Made by a program: the position numbers and the translations under genes | Source of the DNA: Pelomyxa schiedti | Lineage: Eukaryota > Protista > Evosea | Assembly: GCA_020536535.1 (NCBI GenBank) | Contig: JAHLWZ010000650.1 | Location: 1-42,151, forward strand | Reading direction: 5' to 3' | DNA length: 42,151 nucleotides | Shown here: positions 10,935-23,000 of the stretch, piece by piece | How the letters are laid out: every line of letters starts with the position of its first letter | How positions within the stretch are numbered: position 1 is the stretch's first letter | Notes under the pieces: model-generated | Seen by the model: only the letters and a program-made list of their open reading frames with translations | What the model was told of the DNA's origin: nothing | Databases searched by the model: none

Positions 10935-13590
10935 TTAATTTATTCTGATTTGATCGGAATTGTTATGATGGTGTTTTGGATAATAATTCTGGTTTTTTTT
11001 TGTTCCCGCTGTACAGTGAGAGGTTGTCCAAAAAATATTGACAGAGTGGGGGTTTGTGTGGTTTTCTGTGATGAAAGGGCCATCATGAGTTGTTGGACTT
11101 CCTGCGTTTCCGTGGAACTTTCTCGTCGGTTTCTTCCTGGTCACTTTTCCTTTTGCTGGCTGCCCTACAAACCATTGAGTGATGGAACATTGTGGATTCG
11201 GTACATACTCGGAATCGCTGTCACTGTCTTGGTTGTGGCTATTGTTGTTGTTGTTACTTGCGCCGGTGTTATTGCTACTACTGCTACTAGTACAGGTTTG
11301 GGTTTGAGGTGGTGAGGAAAACATGAACGAAGGCAGCAACGCCGCTAGTGCTGATATTGTGCTAGAAGCTGCTGTAGGTGGCGGAGTTACAATTGGTATT
11401 GTGGGAGGTTGGGCAATTGCCGCGTTTAGCGGTGAAGACCCGGGCGTGCTTGTTCTTGCAGCACTATTTGGCATGGGAATAGGAATGGGGGCTGATGTTG
11501 GCGTATTAGGGGTAGTGGACGAAGCTGTAGACATTGAATTAGAAGGAGGAGTATTCCCAGACATGGAACTGGAGGGCACGACAACTGCACTAGTCAGTGC
11601 CAATTCCTGATTTCCAGGCGCCTCAGTGTCGGTAACATCCACATCTTTGGTGGTAGCCTTGATTGCCCCACCCACACCAGAAAGATCGGTCTCTGAAAGG
11701 CTAGTGTTGGCTGATAACGACAGAGGTTCGTGTGCGGGGCTTGAAGGAGGGGTCTTCATCTTTCCCCGATCATGCCTATTAAATACTTGTTCTCTCCATT
11801 CTTGAGGATGTGCATTGTTGTGTTCATCATAGAACACACCATCACCCCACCTTTTGCTATCATGCCACATCCCTTCAAATTTGCATCCATCTGCCCATGC
11901 TAGTCTTCCAGAACCCTGTCTTGTGGAGTGTTGGTGGAACGGGCGCAGTGGGAAAAATAGACACACCTTTTGTCGTCAACCCAATTTCCTGTGTAAGTGC
12001 ACCCTGGTAGGGATTAGATGCTTGTAAGAACTCACATTATACATGCCATCTGGCCACCAGTACTGTCCTTCGCCATGTCGGGAGCTCTTTTTCCAGTAGC
12101 CGCTGATTGAATTGACATAAGAAGAAGAAAAGAACCTTAGCAGGGAGAATACGTGTATTTCCTACTGTTATTGGGCCAGGTGTATGTACCATGCCAACTA
12201 TGAACATATGAGAAGCTATCAAAGGGAAACTGCATCGAACCGTTCATTCTCCTGAAATTCACCTTCCCACTGCGAACCGTCAGTGAAGGTGAAGACACCT
12301 TTTCCATGTCGTTTGTCATCTTTGAAGTTTCCTTCATATTTATGTCCTACACATATTTTTGTTGGTTAAAAAAAAAAAGTGGGAGAACTTCTCAAAGAGT
12401 ACCATTTGGCCAGGTGAATTTACCATTTCCATTCCTCATGTTGTCTTGGTAGTATCCCTCATGCCTTTTTCCTTGTGGCCATATTGTTACTCCCCAACCA
12501 TCTTTTTTGTCTCTGACCCAGCTACCAATGTAGGTCAGCTGGCAATAAGGAGCTACATATATGCCTGTAAAGGAAAGTTAAAGTTGCACTCAGGACGAGT
12601 TCTTGCCTTTCCCGTGACGTTGATCTTCAACAAGCTCGCCATGGTAAATGGCTCCATCTGGGTAATTGAATGTTCCAAACCCTAAGACATATAAATGCAA
12701 AGGAGGGAAAACTTATAACGAACCATTTTTCTTCACACTTGCAGGGAAAACGTACTGAGGTAGGGAAAAGAAGAGAAAAAGAGTGAGTACTCGAACAACA
12801 GAAGTCAAGCAGAAACCTTGATGGAACGACAGGCTAACCTCCAGACTGAGTGATTCAACAATTTTAAATATTGAATCATAGGCTCCGTCACTTCTCTTTC
12901 CATAACTGCTTGCCACAGTTTATCTTCATAAGCAAACCTATGGAAAAGCTGACAGACACAAGAACATCTGAAATTTTTTTGGTCTTAAGCAAAAATTGTG
13001 GTAATATGTACCTTGCTAGACTTTTACTGTCTAAAAAGGAAAAGATGTCTAAAAAGGGCATAAGACTTCATTTCAAAAACCAGGGAAGGTACTTACGTAG
13101 TACAACTTCCCCAGGGAGTACAGCAAAGTAGCCATTACTGATAGTGCAGTGATAAATTGTGTTTTTTGACTGAAGGGCATGTTAAGTTGTGTCGATAAAG
13201 AGTAAACAGTACTAAATACGAATAGACATCAGTCAGCTTCGTGAGAGCTGCAACTACAGAGTCTACTCCAGGGGAGACCTCCGAAAACTGAAGGTAAGTG
13301 TTGGTTAGGTAAAGTTAACGGCGATTGTTTTCTGACCATCCAAGAATGTCCTACTTGTACATTGTTCCTGAAGCTTGCAATTTCAGCAGCCACGATTTTT
13401 ATGGATCGCAGCCTCTGAGCTAACACAGTTTCCACATCGTTTCCTTTTGAGGATTCATCACTATTGTTTTGAAAATTTGCTTTGTTAACCCAAAATATTT
13501 TGTGGAAAAAAAGAAGTAGTACCTCAAAGTGCTGTCACTACTTGGTTCCGCCAAAGTAGGTGAAGGCTGCGGTGTCGACTCTTCCATCAT
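10935..13590 (-). CDS. F-box + MORN-repeat protein with S/T/P/N-rich tail (multi-exon; ends approximate)
   Basis: Spliced F-box LPGEVVLHIFSFLDSKSLARCSCVCQLFHRFAYEDKLW at ~12900-13130. MORN repeats such as YIGSWVRDKKDGWG, HEGYYQDNMRNGNGKFTWPNG and FEGMWHDSKRWGDGVF at ~11800-12740. Confidence 0.85.
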
Positions 13591-14081
13591 TTTTACAAAC
13601 GTTTCCAACTTTTCTTTTCTTTGTTTTTTTGTTGTTGTATTTCAGTTTCTACCACAGCACCCACTTTTTTTTTGTTTTGTTGGTTTGTTTGTTTTTGTTG
13701 GTTGGGTGTCATTCCATGGTTCATTTGGTTGTTTGGTTTTTGTGGCACACCACTTGAGAGGAACAGCCCGTGTGTATTTTTTTTTTTTAAACAACAGACC
13801 GTCAGCCTTCGTTACTCACCACCAGTTCGTGAAAACCAATTTTTTTTTTGTTTTTTGTACTGAGAGTTGCTCTTTTTTTTTTTTCTCGGCCCTCTGTTGA
13901 TTTTTTTGATTATGTTTTTGGAGTTGTGGACTTCTGATTTTTCTTACCCGATTTTGCACCAACGAGGAAAAAGCGTTAGGTTCATATTGGTGTAGTGGGA
14001 TGTTGCCTGAGGGTGCGCTCTCAGAATAGTGGTTATTAGAAGGAATTACATAGATAAATGTGTTAGGGTGTTGGAACGGCA

Positions 14082-17000
14082 TTAGGTTCTGTTGGGATTG
14101 AGGTGTTGGGGGAGGCTCAGGAAGTGGGGGGATGAGTGTGCACTACTGGTGGTTGTGGTTGTTGGGTTTACCAGGGGAGATATAAGCTTGCATGTTAGAA
14201 TCCCGGAGTGTTTGTATGTAGTCAACCTGTGGTGTGAAAGTCATTAAATAAGTTGGGAGTGCACAAAGAAATGTACCGGGCCTGTTTTTCTTCATCCACG
14301 AAGTAGATTGGGTGTGCTTGAGGTAGTTCTTGGATGATCCTCCTCAGGGTTATTTTGCACCCTCCAAGGAAATCCGCGGGGCCGTGGGGATCGTAGTCAT
14401 ACACAGCCACTTTGATAGGTGTGTCCATACCTCCGCATGCTCCAATGTTGAGGTTCACAGGTGCGAAAGTGGGTGAGAGCTCTTGTGTGTGGACTTCAGT
14501 GTTAATAATCACGGCTTCGGTGTCCGGGTTGATTACTTGAAGGAAAGGGTCTGAAGTGGGTCGATCAGTTGCCAAGTTTAGATTTTCTTTCTCTCGATAC
14601 CAGATAAGCCAACGAGATCATCACTCCGAGGAAGCTCCGTTACGCTGAATTGCACCTGGTAATCTGTAATAGGGAGATATATAGCTTGACAAGAATCCAC
14701 GACAAGGCTCAAGTGTGAGGGTCTGTCTCGTTTTACAAAATCCACACCAAGGAAGTTCCCATACCTCGACTTATTAATCTGCTGCTTTACCTTGATCGAT
14801 GTACATACACCCATAAATCCAAGGTTACGCAAAGTCGTGTGCGCATGATGGCAATGGGGAAGGCTTATTTCTATATCCGTATCTAGTGTTTGAACACCCT
14901 CAAAGGGGATTGTGAATTCCATTTGTACATCCTGTGAGAAATATCAAACTTTTAGTGGAGGTCGGTGAAGATACCGCGAAGAACGGAGTTTCGAGGAGTA
15001 CACTAGGAAGACCAGTGCATGATGTGCCTTTCAGCTTCAAAATCCCACCTACAACATATGGGTAACTCCTTCCCCATTTATTTGCTTTGTACCTGTAACA
15101 GAATCTGGATGGGAAGGCGCGGTGAATCGACACGACAGGCGATATGCAGAAGCATTGAATACTGTTGGTGAAACGTTTACAAAAGGCTGCACGTCAAGTT
15201 GCATGCAACCCGAATTTCTATACATGGGTGTGCTGCAAGTGGTAAGCCCAACCTAACACTGGCATACATACTGAATTTTCTTTTTGTTTGACAGTTCTCC
15301 AAACCATATTCCGAATAGCAAGTCCCGGTAATTACAGTGCACTTTGCCTACCTGTATTCGTAGACCGCCCTTGAAGCTGTACACACACAACTGAGAGAGG
15401 GGTTTAGAAGTGCCACGGTGTCAGTTTGGAAATGGTAAACCTTTAACAGGCATGTATTAAAGAGCTCTGTATAGTTACGTAGCGAAATACTAAAAGGCTT
15501 CCAATCCGGGGAAGAGCCTGTAGCAAGTTCAGACCTGTGGAGATTAGTACAATTTTCTCACTAACTGCCTTTAACCTGTGTAATAAAATAAGTGGTTGTT
15601 CTGACATGCACAAAAACAGTTCGAACCACAAGTCACTATTACAGTCCAACTTGATTCCTTTAGGCCTATGGATTTTGTTGAGTGTTGCATGGCATTTTCT
15701 TACTTACTGTATGTTAAATGAATCATAAAGAGGAATTTGTGAGACTCTATCAATGGGTTCAGAGGAAATAATGCGGAAGGCACCAGCTGAACTTGTGACT
15801 GATACGCCTTCTGGCTTAAGAGCGAAATTGAAGGAAGAAAAGAGCCACTCCCTTAGTGTAACTTCCATGGAGCCAATAAGGTCATTTGATCCATCCTGTA
15901 ACAAAATAAGAAAGAATTTCATTTTCTTTCGTACTTTGAAGTGGTTAAAACATTTGACAGAAAACTCAGAGTCCCACCCATCAACATCCTCAGGGGAAAT
16001 TTCAAATGGTTTCCAAGGAGAATTATCAGTGGAAGGGACACTGCGGTATAAGAGGAAAGAGTGATTTTTACTAAGAATTTCGAAGTAAGGGGCTGAATTA
16101 TGTGAGACAGATACTTTTGAAACACTTAGACATACCCCCAGTGCTGGTAAGTCTTGTTCGCTTCAAAGAAACTCCAGTAGCCGTGACCCTGAGTGCTGTA
16201 GGCAATCCCTGTAGAGGAGCAAGGAATGGAGTAAACTGATCCACAGAAAAACAACCGCAACTACAGTAAAATGTATTAGATTAAAATTGAGGAATTGCAT
16301 ACGTTGTTAGAGAGGTATCAGTGTAAAGAGCATCCTGTACATTCCCAAATGACCACTCCCGTAGGGTTGTTGTCAGTGAGCCAATCAGGTCATGTGAGCC
16401 ATCTGTTAAAAAGGTTGGATGTGAATTTTGGTGGGGGATGATACCATTATCCGAGTCATAAACCATCACTTTGAACTTTTTATCAAAAGGTAGGTCATGT
16501 GTGCGAACAATGAAAGGTTGCCAAACAGGGTTCAGGCATTTCAAAATGACCTCTGAGCGATAAAGAGGGATAGGTTTTTTCCTTGCTTCAGAGTCCACAT
16601 AAAGGATGAAAAATGGATCTAAATAAAAATAAGAACTCTTTTTGAAAACTTGAGCCAACCTGATTTTCCATTAATATCTTTGGCTGCAAGCTTCCTTCCA
16701 GATACAGTCACTTTAAAAGCAGGAGACTCTTGAATGGAAATGATGGTATTTTCCGTTGGAATTGGCTTTGCTAAAGTAAACCCTCCTGAATTGAGACTAA
16801 GCCGTGGGCCACTTGGAATATTTTCATTAACAAAGAAAACTTGTGTACATAAGTTACCTCAAAGGAAATGTGAACCCGTTATAGATAAAGTCAGATATTT
16901 TCAATTTTACACTGCCGATTTCTTCATGTGATCCATCTAAAAAAAAAAAAGTGTAAGCGGAATAGTCGTGGGTAAATTATGTTCCTGCATCCCAGTCATA

Positions 17001-20000
17001 AACGACTACAGTGAAACTTCCATCCATCCCATTCAATTCAGCTAAATTTAATTGGAACCCTTTCCAGTCGGGATTAAGATTTTTGGGTATCACTTCTGAT
17101 CTTTGTGCGAGTTAGAATTTTGATTGGCAGGATGAAAAACCTGTAAAGGGTCAATTGAGAGGAAGACAGAATCTTGAAGAAAGGATCTGCGGAAAGAAAA
17201 ATCAGAGCCCAAATGCATGGAATTGTGAAAGCCTACCTGACTTCCCATTGAGGTCTTTGCTGCTCAGTTTAGAGGAACAGCATTTAAAGGAAAACGAGGG
17301 AGGAGGCTCATTTGTGGGCTGATTGTGCCTCTCAAATAGATGCTTGGTAGATTTCAAAGGAGATATTTCTTCCAAGATGAAAGCAGCATTACTGTAAGGG
17401 TAAGAAGGGGAAGAGAAAACGGTGGCAAACCTGTCCCTCAATTGCAGTGTGCGATTACGAAGTGGGTATGAAAATCCGCCACATAACAAATCCAGCAACA
17501 TTAATTCACATTCACCAACTTCCTTGTGGTTTCCCCTCCTTGAAAAGTGCAACACCCTATATAGGAAATTGATGTATTAGGAGGAGAGGATTCTAAATGA
17601 TTTAAATATACTTGAACTTCAGTGATGCGTCTGGAGATCCGAAATCTTCCAAGTCAATTTGGAATGGAGTCCAAGTGCCAGAGAGGCTATTATCATTGGG
17701 TGATGGCCCTGTACGCACCTGTTTCATTTTTGCTGCATTCATCGTTTCTGTGCAATACAGCATTTTTTCTTGCTTAAATAATTGCAGTATAACACCCTTC
17801 CCTGTAAGAGTAAACTAATGTAGGGTCGACTTTGGAAACCTTTTCTGGGTGTGAGTTGAGCAATTCCAAACTTGACTGAATATGAAGGGGAATATTCTCG
17901 AACCGGAGCAACAGCTAAGGTTTCTTCTATACGAAGGCAGAATCCTCCTCGACTTCATGTAGGTTAACAGATAAAATGACATTTAAATACATGCTTGATA
18001 ACGCCACCACTTAGGGCCGTTCGGTACTCTCCAAAGACAAGATCATGTATGGTAAAATGAGATGTTCCAATAAGGTCGTGTCCTCCATCCTTGGGTTGCT
18101 TTTAGGTAATTTGGTACCTTGAGTGACTGTATACCGTATCCCAGTCATAAACATCAACGAAAAATGTTGTATTTAGTCCACAAGTAGCTGGTAAAACAAA
18201 TGAATTCCAAGATGGATTCAGTGTCTTGGCCATAACTTCGAGAAGGAAAACCAGTAAGAGGAGCCAAGGTAATCACGAAAAACAAATACCTTCACTTCGG
18301 TAAACTGGCAGTTTTTTACCATTCTCTTCAGTGTACACGATGAAGAAGGGATCTACACAATAGTTAGGAAGACAAAACGACTCCAAAAAAAAACCAGAAA
18401 GCCCATTGACATCGCAGGCGGCAAGTTTGACTCCCCAAGGAGAAACCCTGTATGCTGCAAACGTCGGAATAGATACAGATTGTTGAAGGAAGGTGAGTTG
18501 ATTTACACATAGAGCTCCAACTTCTCGCCTGTAGTTCAGTAAGTAAAAAAAGAACACTCTGAATCGGGAAAGCAACCCAAGTGATCCACTTAACGATTCT
18601 CTATAGGGCAGGAAGAGCCATGTGCGCAATGTTGTTGACAAGGTGCCAATTAAGGCATGTGCCCCAACTTCACTGAAGGCGTACAAATTGACTGTAAAAA
18701 TATCATCAACAGACCCAAGATCTGATAAGCTGTTAGAACATTTGTCCGAAGTGAAACGAGTGACCTGAAAGATTCAGAGCGAAATCTCGCCATTGAATTG
18801 ATTTTCGGGGAGCAGGCTCTGATCTATGTAAGAGCTTCTGATTAACTCCAAATACCTCCAAGAAAAATGCTTTTGAAAGGTCATTTAGCAAGACTTCCTT
18901 TAAGGTGGAGATTTTAATTAATTGTTTGTAGATTTACTGTCTTGTGTTGCGTGTGCAGTCTTTGAAAAGAAAATAGCTGATCCCGACATATGTTCCAGAG
19001 ATAGATTAACCATCACCGCAGGGGGAAAAACCACAGGAGGAAGTGGTGGAATGGAGACCAATTCATCAATTGAGAAGGCACCAGTGTTTAAGTTGTGATG
19101 CTTCAATCCATATCTCCAAGGACCTAGTATCAATTCCCTGTTTTATTTTGTTACTGTTTTCCTATTGACTTTTTTTTTTTTGCCTAAGTGGAATTGTGAC
19201 CCTTCCAATCAAGTCATGTCCCCCGGTTCGATCCTGTTGATGTGAGTTGGCCCAACAATGCTACTTAGATGGCAAAAAGGTGGGGTAGGAGCGCACCCAA
19301 TCAAAGACTTTGACTTCAATGGTGGAATTTAGTCCCATGTCAATAACATTCAAAGAGAATGCATCCCAAGAGGGGCTAAGGTTTCTCCTTACAAAAGAGG
19401 ATCTATGGAGCAGCACAGGTCCCTTGGTGCTAGCTGTAGGTCCGTACACCTCAAAGAAGGGATCTTTTTTTACTCTTAAAAGTCTTTATCTGCAATTTCA
19501 CAAGTACCAGAACTCATGGATACATCTCGAACAGATAAGTTAATTGCCCTAGCCTTTATTTGAAGAGCAGCAGGAGAGGATTTCAGGAGTGGTTGGTCAG
19601 CGAACCTTACTGCATCAATTGAAAAGCCACCACAAGACCTAAGACTAATTAGAATCCGGCTGTAAATAGCAAAATACATTGGGCTGGCAGAATAAACCCC
19701 TATCAAGTATGGGGTAAACAACCACTCACGAAGAGTAGTTGTAGCAGACCCAATTAGGTCATGACCACCATCTTGGTGACGTAAATGGTTATTCCCAAAA
19801 AAAAGTAACAGCTACCTGAATCCCAGTCGTACACTTCAACTATAACGTCAGTGTCTTGAGACGTTACATCCGCAACATTAAGTCCAAATTCTTCCCAAGA
19901 GGGATCACGTTTGTGGCTCACAACCTCAGATCGGTAAAGAATAACTGGACGTTCCTCTCCTGTTGGTGTTCCTCTGATGATAAAATACGGGTCTAAGTAC

Positions 20001-23000
20001 ATGTGAACTATCACCTCAAATAGTTTGATTTTACCTGATGACAGAGATAAATCTCGGAATGCTAGCTTCCTTGCACTACTTTTTACAAAAAGAGATGAAA
20101 AATGAGGCTTTGGAGAAGCTATAGGTTGTGCTACAATGGAGTCAACAGAAAAAGCACCAGATGTACTATGTATGGTAAGTGTGCTTTGGTGTGACTCAAG
20201 AATTGTACAGGGATGCAGTAGTCGAGGAGTAAATCCCAAATTGATATGGAGTGAAGAACCATTCACGTAAAGTTGTTTCTGATTGCCCAATCAAGTCATG
20301 GCCGCCATCTTCAAGACTGAGGATTTAAATGGATACATCAACAATTGGTACCTCCATCCCAGTCATAAACACAAACAGTAAAAGGATTATCCACATCAAG
20401 CAAATCCTCTAGATTTAATGCAAAAGGCTTCCATTTTGGTGATTTGCAAGCCATTACAACTTCAGACCGGTATAAAGTGATTTGTTTTGAAAAACCAGGA
20501 GGTTTTCCCTTGATCACAAAGAAGGGATCTGCAGGTAAATGAGAGATTATGAGGCAGTGGTTTTGTTGTACCTGAGGAGAGAGATGGGTCACAGGCAGAG
20601 AGCTTCATCGCACTCGGAGAAACGAGTACTGAATTAAACTGAGGTCTCACGTACTGTGTATCTTGGAGTAACACCTCATCTACAGAAACGCCACCTGCCG
20701 TACTGATATTTTTATTGAGTTTACAATAAAAGGAGAAAGGAGTAACGTGATTGAAGCTTCAGAAAGATGTATTCCAAACAAATACGGAGTAAATAACCAC
20801 TCTCGCAGAGTTGTTTCCGCTGAGCCAATGAGGTCATGCCCCCCATCTTTTTTTTTTTTTTTTTTTTTGAGTAAGTGTGAAAAAGAAGAAATTACACCCC
20901 AAACCTGCATCCCAATCCCATACAGATACTTTGAATTTAGTGTCCAAGTTGGTGAGATCTCTGAGATTCAAGCCAAAAGGCTTCCATTTGGGATTTTTGT
21001 TTGAAAGTATTACTTCTGAACGATACAAAGTGATCTCTTTGCCTATTTCTGGTGGAGATGCTCTGATCACAAAGAAGGGATCTAAAGATCGCGTTAAGAG
21101 GATGTGTTTCTAAAAGAGTCCTTACCGGAAGAGCCAGACACATCTCGGGCAGCTAATTTTGATGCACTTAGTGTTACCTGAAGTGCAACAAACTGTGGCT
21201 TGGGATACTCTGTTGGTTGGAATTCCACACGATCGACGGAGAATGCACCAGCAGTCCTAAATACGATTAAGATAAAGACAGGTCGGCAACAGTGCTAACG
21301 TGATTGAGGAAGTTGACAGGAAGATTCCAAACTGGTATGGAGTAAACAACCATTCCCTTAGTGTCGTTTTTGCTTCTCCAATGAGGTCATGCCCTCCATC
21401 TAAATTGGGAGTTATTCCAAATTTCGAAGGCTTGAAGGGTTGCAGGCCTGCATCCCAATCCCACACGGAAATTGTGAAGTTGGTATCTCTGTCTATTACG
21501 TCACGTAAATTCAAGCCAAATGGTCTCCAAGATGGATTTTTGTTAGCCTTCAGTACTTCTGAGCGGTAAAGTGTTATCTCTTTTTCCATTCCTGGAGGGG
21601 TTGACTTGATAACAAAGAAAGGATCTATTCAAGAAATTAGGAAGCCAACAAGACAAGTTTGTGACGACCTGAGGTGCCAGATACATCACGACTGGCTAAT
21701 TTCATGGCACTGGGCTTGACAGAGAGAGCAGCAAAAATAGGGGGTGTGTGCTCAGTGTCTTGTAAGGTTATAGTGTCGACAGAAAAAGCACCGCAACTTC
21801 TGCAGTGCTATTACTAGGTGGATGGACATAAGAAAACGCACGTTGGATTTAATTTCGTATAAAGACCGAATTGGTATGGTAAAAAGAACCATTCTCGCAA
21901 AGTGGTCTTCGACTTCCCAATAAGGTCATGCCCACCATCTACGTAATGCCCCAACCAAGGAGTACATATGGTTTTGTCATTGTTTTGGGTTGTTGACACT
22001 CAAATACCTTCATCCCAGTCCCAAACTTGAATTTCAAACTGTGTGTCAATATCCAATACATCAGAGAGGTTAATCACAAAGGGTTTCCATGATGGGTTTT
22101 TCTTATTTTTAAGAACCACTTCAGAGCGGTAAGTGGTAATCTTGTGGTGTCCAGGCTTTTTTGTTTTTACCACAAAAAACGGGTCTTGGGAAGTAAGAAT
22201 AAAGCTAACCAAGCAGAAAATGCAACCTGAGGAACCTGTGGCATCTCGGCTGGCTAAATTCATGGCACTGCATTGGACTGAAAGAGACTTGAAGTGTGGC
22301 TTCAAATATTCTTGAGTTTGGAGTACAATCTTGTCTACGGAGAACCCACCAGAAGATCTGGGGAAGTGGGTAAATGCATTGCTTAGAATTTAAACAAAAA
22401 AAGTGAAGTGGCGTACAATCCAGCTGTGCTGTGTGTTCCAAGCAGATATGGGACAAAAAGCCATTCTCTTAAAGTGGTTTCAGCTGAACCAATAAAGTCA
22501 TGGCCACCATCTAAAGTAACGTCTCAACAAACTAAAGAGTGAAAGAATGGCGACCATTATCCCAGTCCCATATTTCAATTGTAAATTGTGTGTCTAGGTC
22601 CGTCACATCGTGCAGGTTTATTCCAAATTCCTTCCAAATTGGGTTTAAATTGGCCTTCACAACTTCAGAGCGATAAAGTGTCACTTGTGAGTGGTGTCCT
22701 GGGGGTTTTGATTTGACAATAAAGAAGGGGTCTGTAACGGAGTTATGAGAAGGTTGGGAAAAAGAAGAGGAGTAAACCAGATTTTCCATTGGTGTCCTTG
22801 GAAGAAAGTTTGGTGGCACTGGCACATATTAATACAGAGGCAGGGATATTCCAAAAAATAGGGTCTGCTTGCTCGACACGATTAACCCAGAAAGCACCGT
22901 TTGTTCTTCGGGTAGTAATCAAAGAATCACATGAAATTGGGAAAGAAAATGGCCCTAGAATGCAGTCTCTCAGGTTAATTTCAACATTTCCGATCAGGTC

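Noticed and set aside
13600-14080. Hydrophobic F/L/V-rich small ORFs
   Set aside because: Products of T-rich intergenic/UTR sequence, not credible membrane proteins.
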